In this document: one piece after another, positions 13,246 through 25,189 of the stretch
Numbering within the stretch: position 1 is the stretch's first letter
How the letters are laid out: the number at the start of each line of letters is the position of its first letter
Origin: Paraspadella gotoi
Lineage: Eukaryota > Animalia > Chaetognatha
Length of the DNA stretch: 58,132 nucleotides
Assembly: GCA_051294375.1 (NCBI GenBank)
Contig: JBJCIZ010000669.1
Coordinates: forward strand, 1-58,132
Reading direction: 5' to 3'
The notes under the pieces: generated by a model
What the model was told of the DNA's origin: nothing
Database searches by the model: none
Seen by the model: the letters and a program-made list of their open reading frames with translations, nothing else
Made by a program: the position numbers and the translations under genes

Positions 13246-13407
13246 ATTGAAATTAAAGACAAAGTCTTGATACAGCAACGATTATATTTTATTGTACAGA
13301 CAAGTTTCGGCTAAAAAGCACTGATGAAGGCTTGAATGAAAGCCGAAACTTGTCTGTACAATAAAATATAATCGTTGCTGTATCAAGACTTTGTCTTTAA
13401 TTTCAAT
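13246..13407 (+). ncRNA. 67-bp-arm inverted repeat enclosing a hammerhead ribozyme core
   Basis: Arms 13246-13312 and 13341-13407; core gca-CTGATGA-aggctt gaatga aagcc-GAAA-CTTG-TC-tgt starts at 13321. Confidence 0.8.
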
Positions 13408-13479
13408 ATTAAGGTTAAAATGAAATTTTAAGATATAAGGAAAAGAAATGTGCTGCTTTGGGAATAAAGAGCCCATTTT

Positions 13480-13665
13480 TCACCTGATCTCTTCCCACTT
13501 TCGTCTCATCTCATCCGGTTGAACTGTGTGTTGCCCCATGATAGTTTTTCGTCGAAAAGCGCAGGCGTTGAACTTTTCCTTGTACCTGTAGATCTCAGGG
13601 ATGTCGGTGAGGGGAATGCCCAGATGCTCTAAAGCCAAGATGCCTGTCGTGTAAACGTCGTCAAC
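13480..13665 (-). CDS. GT31 beta-1,3-glycosyltransferase (galactosyltransferase-like), terminal exon
   Basis: cag| then VDDVYTTGILALEHLGIP...HTVQPDEMRRKWEEIR*; GT31 (E/D)DVY.TG motif and C-terminal H..W. Confidence 0.85.
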   Translation of the reverse strand, partial: VDDVYTTGILALEHLGIPLTDIPEIYRYKEKFNACAFRRKTIMGQHTVQPDEMRRKWEEIR

Positions 13666-13819
13666 CTGTCAAAGTAGAGATGGTAGTTGAATTAGGTAGC
13701 ATACCTTTCCATAAAGCTACACAAAACTTATGAAAAATAAACAGTTACCAACCACAAATGACAAAATATATAAACAATAAATATTTGTATATTATATGCA
13801 TGAATAAATAATCCTTTAC

Positions 13820-13962
13820 TGGAAGTCCCGGAACATCAGGAGAGGAGGCTTCATAGATTCTGGCTGCCGGCATCAAGAGATATGACGTACATTAAGGCCG
13901 GACATAAACTCGGGAGAAACATGCGGACATGGGGATGAGAGACCGCGTTGGATCCAGGATCT
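13820..13962 (-). CDS. GT31 glycosyltransferase, third visible exon (apparent 1-nt indels)
   Basis: ttcag| ... |gtaaag; reads (R)DPGS...PEFMSGL.YVISLDA.ARIYEAS..VPGLP across frameshifts, matching the GT31 P.F.SG..YV motif. Confidence 0.75.
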
Positions 13963-14089
13963 CTGAATAGGGAGTTGAAAGAATGAAGACATTAGACAGG
14001 GGGTCGTTATCATACTCATTATAAAAATTCTTCATTTTTAATACTATTTAATTCTGAAATTTGCTCTTTGGACAATTGACAGGACCATA

Positions 14090-14710
14090 ATTAGCGGTAG
14101 CCGACCAAATTCAAATTTTAATGGCAACAGCATTAAAGTAATCCATTATTGGTATTAATTATTGTATTAAAATATTTTTTTGCAAAAATGTTCCGAACCA
14201 TGAGTAATTCGCTAATTAATATTATTATATTGCTATATAATGTCAAAAATTTTTTTTTGAAATTTTAAGTTTTTTTAATTGATTCTGATAGAGCTTAAAA
14301 AGTTAAGCAAAAAATATAATTACAACATTTTAAAATTTTGATGTTTTATTACTGAAAATTAGTAAAAACTGCTAAAATCATCGGATGATGATGATGATGA
14401 TGATTTTTTAAGGTTTTTCCCAGTTTTGACCCACTTATCATCAAAATATTGAAAAAGGAATTATACTTTGTGTAGACAACTTTTTATAAGCTATCTGAAT
14501 CAGCTTTTAAAAATAAAAAATTTTAAAAAAAAATTTTGACATTTCCTATCTATAAATAAATATTAAAAAATTAATTACTAATGCTTCTAGCCATTTTAAA
14601 AAATTTTGGTCCATTGAAAGTTTTCTCAGAAATGTATGAAGTTCCATTTGGAAAGGTTCCCAAATCAAACTTCTGACCCACCCCATTGACAAAGTTTGGC
14701 TCTACCATAA
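14090..14710. mobile_element. Internally palindromic MITE-like element with central (GAT)n; second copy at 48120-48730
   Basis: Both copies share 'gattctgatagagct(t)taaaagtt', (gat)n and its inverted counterpart. Confidence 0.6.
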
Positions 14711-15881
14711 TAAGTATAATATGTTATTTTTTGTTTAGATAAAGCAAATTTAGTTTAATCTAAAATTTCTTGAGTTTATGGGATTGAAAAGATTAAGGGG
14801 GTTTAAGTGGTAGCGGTTATAGGAAAGGATCAGGGGGGGTCAGTGATAAGGATGTAAAGGGGTAGGATATAAGAGGGAAGTCAGAGGTAGAAAGTTATCT
14901 GAGAAGATGGGTATCAACTAGTACTAACTAGTCTCCCATCAGGTAAAAGAGGTAAGAAGGGTAATGAATATATTGGTAATAGGTAAGTAGCTATAACAAA
15001 AGGAACAAGGGTACATAAAAGGGAGAGAAGGGAGAGGGAAGGTTTGCAGAGCCCGAGACCGAGAGGAGAAGATGGGTGAGCCTCTATCTTGGTTATGATT
15101 GTAAATGTTAAGAGTTTTACTGCTATTGGTTTTGTTTTTTTTTTAATTAAAAAATGAAAACTAATATTTTTTCTCTTTCTCATCTACTTTCTCATCATCC
15201 TCTTCCCACCTTCACCTCATTCTATTCTCAATTTTCTTAGTTCTCATAATTCTACAGGGTTTGGAAGCAAAACTTTAAAAAAAATTATTATCTCTACAAA
15301 TAAACGCATATCTCCTGAACCGTTTGAAGGATACCAATGAAATTTATATCAAATATAAACCAGACTTGGGTTTTAGGACCTGGGGGCACTCTGCCTTAAG
15401 GCCAGGGATCACTCAATCTAAAATTGTAGAAATCGGCAAGAAGATTATGACGACTAGTGAGGGCCTTTATTGCATGCTGTTAATAATACGGTGATGTTAA
15501 TTTCATTGTTCTCAATTTTACTGAACATTTTTTTTCATTAGTAATTTAACAGCTCTGTGTCTCTTTTCTGCATATCTCTTCCCGTCTTTCTTTTTATAAT
15601 AAGTAATTTTCTCTCTATTCTTTTTCTTTGCCAGTCAAAATTTGTATTTACTTTATATTTAAATAAATTAACAATAACCGGTTTTCAAAATTAATCAATA
15701 GACGCTGAACTGTCCTTCTTGTTGTATGTAACAGTTTGTGAGGTTTCATTTTGGCTCTAATTAAGAAATCAATCACCCACCAGAGCATATTTACATTTTA
15801 ATATACATACATACATATATAATTATACATACATATCTGTTTATGTTACTTGGTACAATGTACTGTCCAATGCCCTTACAG

Positions 15882-16071
15882 CTACAACAACCTCGTTCAC
15901 AAGTCTATGATGTCCCTGCACTGGGCCACGCGTTCTGCGCAGCGCGAATTTGTCGTCCGCATCGATGACGACGTTATCTTCAACGCAGGAAATCTTGTGC
16001 GATACTTGGAAGCGAATCCAGGAGTCAAAGTGGAGACGAATTTCAGAATTGGACGAAAGGATTGTCATAAG
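15882..16071 (+). pseudogene. Inverted duplicate of a GT31 exon (YNNLVHKSMM...RIDDDV)
   Basis: ttacag|...AG|gtatgt; mirror of 35034-35229; only the last ~22 nt of the preceding exon are duplicated with it. Confidence 0.75.
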
Positions 16072-16249
16072 GTATGTTAATGGAGGCGGTGAGAGAAAAT
16101 TTAGAGAGATGAGAGATCAGGCAGAGAGAGATAGTTGAGACATGATTCAGAGATTGACAAGATGCTTCATATTCAAAACCGACCCAGTTCATCTTAAATA
16201 CAGATTTACGTAAATTATTTTAAAAAAAAAGTTATTATAATTTAATATG

Positions 16250-17540
16250 TATTATTTCTCTCTTTTCGTTGCTAATGTGAATTATTAAGAATTGTTTATT
16301 TTATGTGCCATACAACGATTTTTATTATTAGTAGTACATGTTTCGACTCTGTTGATGATGAAGACTCGAACCAACTGAGTCGAAACATGTACTACTAATA
16401 ATAAAATTGTTGTATTGTAACATAAATAAACAATTCTTAATATAACTATTGCCGAGCATTTGGCATCTTCTGGCCATCTGTTTTAGAGAGTCGACTGCCT
16501 CGTGCAGTCCCATGACCAAATTGGTTTCTCAAGAGGTATTAAGAGGCTGTTTACATCAAAGCCCTCGACCCTCTTGATCCGTGATGGAGGACGATTCGAT
16601 CTCCTTTCCAAGCTATGATTCGCTAATCAAAACTGGGTGGAACACCCTAATGCCACCCCAACCGCACGGTGCATTCCCCTGTCCCAACTCAACGGGTCAG
16701 GCGGAGGCCTCCCCGGCAGGCACATGGATTCCGATACCTCTCCCGAACTGTAGAACTTGGGCGGTGACTCTCTGAAACGCCAGGCGCACCAAACGACGGC
16801 TACAGGAGGAGGGAGAGGAGTCTGTATCTCCTGCACCAAAACAGGCAAGAACAGGCAACCGCCCACCTCACCGTCAGGTAAGAGGAGGGCCTTTGGCGGC
16901 TATCAGCCAAAGAGATATTAGAGTGGCACTTTGGTATTTTCCCAGCCGGGTCTTTACCTGACCCCATGATATCCCACTCTACAGAATATCATCTCAGTCT
17001 ATGACAAGCCAATGACCCGATCATATCGTAGGGTCCCACCTTTGTCCGCCCGGGGGGGGGGCAGCTCATTTTGAGCTCTTTCTTCTCTTATATATTTAAC
17101 TTAACTATTAACTTATCTATCCTCACCACCTATTCCTCCATTTCAAATTTCATTATTACTTATTAACTTTTGTAAATTCAAAATCCAGCTTATTTCTAAG
17201 TTTTCTAAATTTATCTTTGTTGTACATGTCAAATGTAATTATTTCTCTCTCTCTCTTTCACTTTTGCACCATTTTCAAATTATCTTCTTCTCTGTTCTTA
17301 CCTCACCTGTCCTCTCATCTGGCCACTGTCCTTACTCAGCCCCTTTGTTGGAAACTCCTCAATCTCTCTCACTCTCTCTCTTTCTCTCCTCCTTCTCTCT
17401 AACTTAATGGGTAAAGCATTTTTGTTAATGTTTTCAAAGCTGATGAGAACTCGAACCAGCAGAGTCCGAAACGTGTACTATTGATAATTAAAAATCGTTG
17501 TATTGCACTCATAAACATTTCTAATATATAACTATTAAAT
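16250..17540 (+). mobile_element. 5'-truncated PLE 3' end preceded by a hammerhead hairpin (mirror copy 33430-34850)
   Basis: GIREAVYIKALEPSL.RDGGRFDL fragment at ~16535; hammerhead-like motifs at ~16354-16391 (core reads ATGATGA) and ~17440-17477; inverted arms around 16350. Confidence 0.8.
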
Positions 17541-17588
17541 ACCCGTGTCTGTTCACGAGTGACACCAAAAAATCTTTACTATACTTTT

Positions 17589-17995
17589 ATGGTGAACTAA
17601 AATCCACCAACCGTTCATCAGCGGCCATTGGCGCGGAGGCAAGTGATTCGCCTCCCAACCCAAAGGTCCGGGGTTTTAGCTCGTGGTCGCCTAGCAGTTA
17701 AGAGGGACGGGGCGCTTAACCCGCTTGTAACATGGTGTTACAGCTGATCCGTAAGCTCAGGACTGCTATATTGAATGGTTCTGTCACTAACACATAACAA
17801 TAATCACTGTCTCTTTATTGGTGAGCCCGACTTCCAAACACACAGAAAACAACAACACTTTCAGGCGACATGCCTCAAGCTGGCGATGCACATTCCGCCA
17901 ACAACACATCAGGCAACATGCCTCAACTTGGTACAAACTTTTCACACAACAACAATTTACTGAAGAGACGAAACAGACTTCTCCGCTACGGGAGG
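17589..17995 (+). mobile_element. tRNA-headed SINE-like element with 3' extension; other copies at 19222-19463(+), 29790-29982(-), 31519-31750(-), 32955-33381(-), 36800-37166(-); fragments at 49523 and 58095
   Basis: GCGGCCA...TGGTCGC 7-bp acceptor-like stem, A-box-like TGGCGCCGGAGG, B-box-like GGTTCTAGCCC, then a conserved ~130-nt body ending tactgtctcttca. Confidence 0.7.
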
Positions 17996-18119
17996 CCGTG
18001 TGGCAGTTTTGCTTCTGCCACACCCGTCCCTTTTAACTGCAAGTGGCTACCAGGCTACAGGCTCTATGACCGCTGTTTATGCCACCAAAGCTCAAAAAAT
18101 AGGTTAAAGATTAGAGTTA

Positions 18120-19107
18120 CCATCTTCGGAAAATGTCGCCAAACTTCTCGATCATTTTAAACACCTCCTACATAATCGAAAGAAAAAAATTATATTTTCC
18201 AGAAAGCTTGGCGATTTTTGATCAAATGGAGCCGGTGTATGTAGATTATGATAAAATTGCCATCAGGCAGAGGAAAGAAAAAGAAGGAGATTAAAAAAAT
18301 TTCTTTCATTAGCGTATTTCAGATTTTAATATTTTTTTCCTTCATTTTTTTTTTATTTTACACATTTTTTTATTATGCCTTCAACATTAGCATTTACAAG
18401 ATGATCAATGTGCTATCTATAATTGAATTGCACAAAGCGGGGTATCAAGAATACTTCCATATCTAAGCAGCTAAGAGTGAATCTTCGCAATGCTAGACTA
18501 AAAGCGAGCGTACTAACCGTCGTCGACGAAAAGCATTGCATATTGCAGACGGTTAAAGCAGCAACCGAAGGACATGGTGTTTGGCTGCAATCTCTTCCCG
18601 TACCAAGTCCAAGTTAATCTTCATTTCGGGATGCGTTGATTGGCGCCAAATACAGAGAAATTCTGGAGAGCGAAGATAAAGGAATTCGTCCAAGGTGTGA
18701 GTTTTTATGGAAAGACAACCGCCCCTCCGCCATCAAGCCAAGGGAGACAATGAGTGGCATCGCAAAAATGGGGCGTTAAACTTTCTACCTGACTGGCCTG
18801 GGAATTCTCCGGATCTCAATCCGATCAAAAAATGTGTGGTGTGGTCAGAGATGAAAAATCGACCTGAGAAACGAACGTCAACATCTCTGCAAAGCCATGA
18901 AACGACTTATAAAAAAGTTTGGATAACCTCTCCTTGGAATATCTGCAGTCGCTCTTATGAATCAATGTCGAACAGAATAAATGAGTTGTGAAGAGCAAGG
19001 GAGTTCCACTACATATTGATACCCATTTTTTCTGTTATATTTAAATTTTAATATACAATTAACTAACTCTTTAAAATTTGGCGACTTATTCCATTTTTCC
19101 AAGATGG
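18120..19107 (+). mobile_element. Internally deleted Tc1-like DNA transposon
   Basis: TA|ccatctt(c)ggaaaa ... ttttccaagatgg|TA termini; transposase remnant WPGNSPDLNPI. Confidence 0.85.
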
Positions 19108-20329
19108 TAAGGATGAGTCAATAATTAAAGTTTTGCATTTAGGGCTAGAGACTAGAGGGGTTTAGGGTTAAGGATTTAGTTATGGATTGGGTTATAGGTT
19201 TTAAAATAGAATACTGAAGGAGTATGGTGGACTAAAGTCTATCAACCATTTATCAGCGGCCATTGGTGCCGGAGGCCAAGTCGATACGCCTCCCAACCCA
19301 AAGGTCCAGGGTTTTAGCCCGTTGGTCGCTTAGCAGGTTAAGAGGGACGGAGCGCTTAACCCCGCCTGATAAACACAGTGCTTACAGCCTGACAAAAGCT
19401 CAGCGACTGCTTATATTTGAACGGTTTCTGTCACTAACACAAACAATTATTACTGTCTCTTCAGGAGCTAATAGTTGATTTAGAGACGGTTATTAAAAAT
19501 GGATTAAGGATAATATTATGACAGAGATTGGTTTGAAAAAATCAATAATATTCTTCGACCTTGGTGGGGCTTTTACATCATAATTTTCCTAAACATATTT
19601 TTTAAAAACCCCAAAACTAAAACTTTGCTTCTTTGAGTTACGGCCACTTACTTGAATGGAACTGCGTTTAGCTTTTTGTTTTTTTGTCCTCGGGTATGAG
19701 TTCGTTTCAGTCCTGATTTTATAGGAACGAGAGTGTCTGGAAGCAAAACTTTACCAATTTATTTAAATGGCCAAGAGATTTTTAAATATATTTATAAAAA
19801 TTATGTTAAAAGAGCTCAAATGAAAAGCTTTAGTGTTTATTCTATCATTGCCCAAATATTATTAACTTAAATTACAAAAATTAAGTTCACAGTAAGCCAA
19901 ATCAATCAATAAATAGATTTGACTTGATTTTGAATCTCCGAGTAACGCTATAAAGGTGACCATTAAAGTTTGCTGCATCAGATAAAGAAGCCGCCTTGAA
20001 AAGACAAATGTGGTGCCTGTGGGCGATTATATTCATAACCGCCTCTTGGTCCAATCATCGCGTCAGCCAATCCCATTGCTTCAAGAGCGGAACACCCATC
20101 GCAGGGTGTTGTGTTTTTTCCACAGTCCTAATCGAAACCCTTCTTTTGCGTTTGGCAAAGCGGTACCATCCTATGGGTAACCGCTGCAGTGACTGCGAGG
20201 TTTAAAGCGTAGTAAATTTTTAAATTTAATTTTAATTAATATTCTAAAAGTGAGGGATATGGAACAACATTATACTAATGAACATTTATGTAATAAAAAA
20301 AATTTATAATAAATTTTACAACACAAAGT

Positions 20330-22440
20330 TTGAAGAGGAGATTTAAACAACGATTTTATTTCATAGTGAAACGCGACATGTTTTCGACTCACATTACGAG
20401 TCTTCTCACGACCAATTCAATTTGTGAATTTGAAGAAGAATTTTTGGTGATAATAAAGAAGAGAGAGAGAGAGAGAGAGAGAGACAGATGCAAAAGTTTC
20501 CAACACAGAGTTGAGAGCAAAGGATAGTGTTCAGGTTTTTATTAGGGACAGTGTAGAAGGTGAGGACAGAGGATAGTTTGTTTAGAAAAGAAATGAAGTC
20601 ACTGTGCTAGATATGCCGGAGGCGAGAGAGGAGAGAGACAGTGCCTGAAAAATATATTACTATGAAAATGTACAATGTTAAAAATTTGGTAAACTTTAAT
20701 ATCAATGAATAATATCAACAATATTGAGTATTATTCATTAAATTTAAGCTTTAGGCCAATTGAGCGCCAATGCTCTTTTGACATGCCTTCAAAGCTCGGC
20801 GACCTGGAGCCTCGGGGGTCGACAGAATTCAGAAGAGCTCTTCTGGTAGGGACCTTTGGACCGTGGCCGCAGCTTGTCAACATAGGAGCATTCGCTAATC
20901 AAAGGGGAATGTTATTGCATCCGGTATGGGTCATGTTTGCAGGGTAGACTTCAAAATTCCAATGCAGCCGCCCTCTTTTTGCGCTGTATGAGCACACGCA
21001 GCATTGGAATTTTTCCATCACCTCTTTTTTCGCAAGGTCCACTTTGAATGCTTGCTTCCAATGCTGTTCAAGGTGGCGACCAATAGGTAATCAACGCAGA
21101 TCCCTTTCTCACGGCCAGGATGGTATCGTCTGCTTTCTGATACAGAAGAGAACTGACTCTGCCCCATGACAGAATCGTCAAAAGAAGCCAAAGCTTCCAC
21201 CTCATAGTCTCCATATAAAATATCTGCCAGAGGACTTGAGGTTCGATTTGCCCATCCTAAGCCACCAAGGCTGGCATAACATTGTCCATACAAACCTGAA
21301 GTACGCCAGTTCCAGGTTCGAGCCGCAAAACAGTTGCCTATCGATATCATCCCAATTGGCATGTTGGTACGCTCGTGCAACAGCCGGTCTCCCTTCAGCG
21401 CGGCGCTCTTGCGGATGCTAACGGCCAGTCCCTAGGGCATGTTAGTGAACATTTGCTCTGCTAAATGCACGAACCAAGATGAGTATCGCGGCACTTTGAT
21501 TTGTTTGCCAACTTTTTCTGTTCAGCATCGAAAATTTCTGAGGTGCGTGTTGCCTTTCCAACGGAGAGAGTGAAGAATTTCTTCCCAACTCTTTCGTCAT
21601 TTCCATTAAAAAATGGAATTGCAGGCAGATACGATTAGGGCCGCAGCGGGATTAAACCGGGCTTATGAACCTTTGGCTGACCAAAAGAAAAGAGGCGGCT
21701 CGTTTGAGTCAGGATTGACTCTGTGAAATTACTTGCCGGGAACAGTATTCACGTATCTTGCTTGTCACCGACTGGACTCTTTCCTCTGTAAGCAAGAGAT
21801 AGGATCCTTGTCAAAAGGGCTTATACGTTTCCTATGTTCCGATGCATTTTAAGCACCTTGGCCTATGTAGTCGATGAGCATTCCATGACTACTGCAGCTC
21901 GCCCCTTGTCTTGCGGGTGTGAACCATGATTGCCTATATTGCATTTGAAGTGAGCAGGCAATGGCCTTGCGCTCAACTCTTACCGACATTGGAAGGTGGC
22001 GGAACTCTTTTTGACATTGGAGTAATATTGCCGCCCCTGCCCGAAGGGTAGCCGACTGCTTTCGGCGTCGTTGATTGAGGAGCGGGCTCCCGTTCTCAAC
22101 ACCAACGATGAGGTCAACAACAGCCAATTTTAAAAGGAGTTGGAAACAAATGACAGCACCTTCTTGTAAAACTTTGTCTTCATCATTCCGTATAGCGTAT
22201 GCTGAGAGTGCATTGGACAGCCAGGGGCTTGAGCTTTACGGATTTCGTCATTTGAAAGAGGAAAAGCTCGTCACGCTGACGTTGACGTTCATATCCTTTT
22301 GCGAGCGTCTTCCAATGCGTGACGTCGACGGAGCTCTGACAATTTTGCTTGTTGACCGCTCTTTTGTTGCTCGGAAAACTTGCGTAAGCTGTCATTCCGA
22401 GATGTTATACACAACGAAAAGAAGGGAAATAATATAATTT
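20330..22440 (-). mobile_element. Penelope-like retroelement, RT region, heavily frameshifted
   Basis: 20755-22340 is the reverse complement of 26200-27240 and also contains the RT core that falls in the N gap of that copy; degenerate hammerhead at ~20373-20410. Confidence 0.8.
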
Positions 22441-24006
22441 TATTTATATAAATAAAATTAAGGGCTGAAGCCAATTGATGTGAAATCGGTGTCATTTAGG
22501 GTCTTGTTGTAAAGGTTATAACAGTCCTCGACCATTGATAACCAGCTCAAAAAATAATTCTCGGAACATACTGACCACGGAGGGCTTAACAGTATGTTTA
22601 TTTTTTAATTTGAGTAAGATTTTGATTTGAAGTCATTTCAGCACTTTCACCCTTATCCTGTTCAGATTTCAGACTTTTTATTAGCTCATGTAGGGCGCCT
22701 TTAAGGTCCGGGATCACTCAATTCAACATTATAATTAGGCTAAAACCGAGCTCGGGAGTTTCGCCAAAGAGAGCTCCTGACGATTTCCGAAAAGCTATTC
22801 ACTTTAACTATTTTTTCAATAGGCGTCATCGATTTATTTTTCATTTTGTCACTACATAAATAAAAGACAAACCTATTTGAAGAGTTTCCAGCCCAAACGT
22901 AAAAGGCGGTTTCTCAATTAAATTTGCAAATGAATTACCTTTAAGTCACGAACTCCAATTCTTATGACAAAGCGATATTTTCAAAATTTTGCCTATCCTT
23001 CATATAAAATTTGATTATTTTCATCAATTTTTGGATTAATTCCTTGATATCTTTGAACGAACAAACATTTTTTCAAAAAACGCGCTCAAGACATAACCCC
23101 CCCTTCCTTTCCCTTTCTTGCCCAAGATATTTTTTTTCTTCAAGAAGAGACACAACGGTTTGAGCTGCAACTCTTCGTTTTTAACTTTCACTGTCGCTTA
23201 AGAAAGTTAAATTCTGTACTTCATTAAAACTCATTAAACATTTACATAAAGTAAAAAAGTCAATTGAAATAAACTTCGGTATAAGTTTTTATCATAACTC
23301 ATTAAAAGTATAAAAACCCGTCTGGAAATGTGTGTGAGTAGTTTATTTTTGACTTATTAATGATACAACTCCAATATGTACTTTATACCAAAGGTAAGAA
23401 TTAAATGATAAGAAGTAGAAATTTGAGCTTACTGTAAAGAATCAGTTTTAAGTTTAAAAATTTAGTTGTGCTCTAGAAATTTAACTTACATATAAAAAAT
23501 TATTTTTCTCTTTGAAAAATCTAGTTTTACCGAAGAAAAAATTATGTTTAAATTTTATGAAAATTCTTATGTAGATCTTTAAAAGTTTTTTGATTATTTT
23601 CAATGAAAACCTCTTACAGATATGAGAAAATGATTAAGATACAGTTGATTAANNNNNNNNNNNNNNNNNNNNNNNNNCTTAAGGCGCCCTACATTGAGCT
23701 AATAAAAAGTCTGAAATCTGAACAGGATAAGGGTGAAAAGTCTAATGACTTCAAATCAAAATCTTACTCAAAACTAAAATACTGTAGCTGCATTTCCGTA
23801 TGATCAGTATATCATTTTTTGAGCTTGGGTTATCATGTCGAGGACTGTTAACCTTTACACAAGACCCTAAATGACACCGAATTTCACATCAATTGGCTTC
23901 AGCCCTTATTTTATTTATCATAATAAAATTATATTATTTCCTTTCTTTTCGTTGTGTATAACATCTCGGATGACGCTTCGCAAGTTTTCCGAGCAACAAA
24001 AGAGCG
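22356..24006. repeat. Inverted repeat, arms 22356-22705 and 23678-24006, around a ~950-bp spacer
   Basis: cttaaggcgcccta...agagcg at 23678 onward is the reverse complement of 22356-22705; the right arm lies between two N gaps. Confidence 0.75.
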
Positions 24007-24031
24007 NNNNNNNNNNNNNNNNNNNNNNNNN

Positions 24032-24395
24032 TCTCTCTTTCTTCAGCAAAGGCCCTTCTACTCGTACGGAGAATTTTCCAGGGAAAAACGTCGTTCCCTT
24101 CTCTCTTTCTTTTCTTCTTGCAGGGCCCTTCTCTCGGCGGAAGAAGGGCCAGGCGAAAAACGGTTCGTTTCCCTTCTCTCTTTCTATAGCGGAGGCCCTT
24201 CTCTTAGGCTAGAGTAAGCTCCAGGCGAAAAAACGTCGTATAGTCCCTTCTTCTTTCCTTTTCTTCAGCGAGGCCCTTCTCTTGGGCAGAGAAAGTCCAG
24301 GGAAAAACGTGCGTTTCCCTTCTCTTTCTTTTCTTCAGCGAGGCCCTTCTCTTTGCGCAGAGAAGTCAGGCGAAAAACGTCGTTTCCCGTTTAGG
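24032..24395. repeat. Tandem repeat, ~58-bp unit, ~6 copies
   Basis: Recurring 'ggcccttctct...cagg(c)gaaaaacgtcgtt(t)ccc'. Confidence 0.75.
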
Positions 24396-25189
24396 CACCG
24401 TTTCCTGAGGAAAAAAAAGATTAACGCCTTCGAGCCCTGCCTTCCCTTTCTTACCTTCTTCACTCCGTGTCAAAAACGGCCAACAAGGCATGACTGTGCC
24501 CTGGGTCGGTAGAGACGGCGACAGCATGTGATTCAGAATGGGAAATCAGAATGAATCAAGACAAGACGATAAGAGAGCAAAATGAGAAGCAGAGATTTTT
24601 TTTTTTATTAAATAAAAAGAAAATTTTCAGTTGTTTACAATAATAAACATTTGTTTCTCTTTTTCTTCTTCATGATTAAAGTTGCATATATTTTTTTTTT
24701 TAAATGCCGAAAAAATAAGAGCGAAAAATATGAAAAGAAAGTCTTCAGGTAATACAGCGGCTGGAAAGGTGGTTAATGGCTACAAGACAGCACATTTGGC
24801 GCACCTTGGAATAAGTATCCTTCGTGAAATAATTTTCTTAGGAAAAACGGCGAAATAAAGGGTAAAGCGTTTGATTGAGAGAGAGGCGTCCCAGTAATCA
24901 GCAAAATGTAAGATAGTACGCGGAGATAAGCCGTGAAAAAGTGAAATTACGTGAAAATCAACGAACCCTGTGAGAGAGAGCACGATGGAAAGGGCGAGGA
25001 AGAAGAATTGCAGGAGCGAAGCCCCTCCTCCTTCATCGGTTTCTTGTAATTTAGCGCACATCAACAGTTCAAATCTTAAAAATGAACTTCATTATTAATT
25101 GATTTTTTATAATCTAAGAATTAGTTTCTATGCAACTACATTTTAAAAAATATAAGAATAACAACTTTTTAGAAAAACTATAATACTTA

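Larger units (their letters stand above)
15436..20315 (+). repeat. Left arm of a large inverted duplication (mirror of 30705-35680)
   Basis: Colinear reverse-complement matches along the whole arm, e.g. gcaagaagattatgacgactagtgagg at 15436 vs 35680, GT31 exon, PLE end, SINE and Tc1. Differences are mostly 1-nt indels. Confidence 0.9.

Noticed and set aside
17621-17690. Functional tRNA-Gly(CCC) genes
   Set aside because: The anticodon stem does not pair, and the sequence is embedded in a multi-copy repeat.
24032-24395. Possible CRISPR array
   Set aside because: Units are contiguous tandem copies with no unique spacers, there are no cas genes, and the context is eukaryotic.
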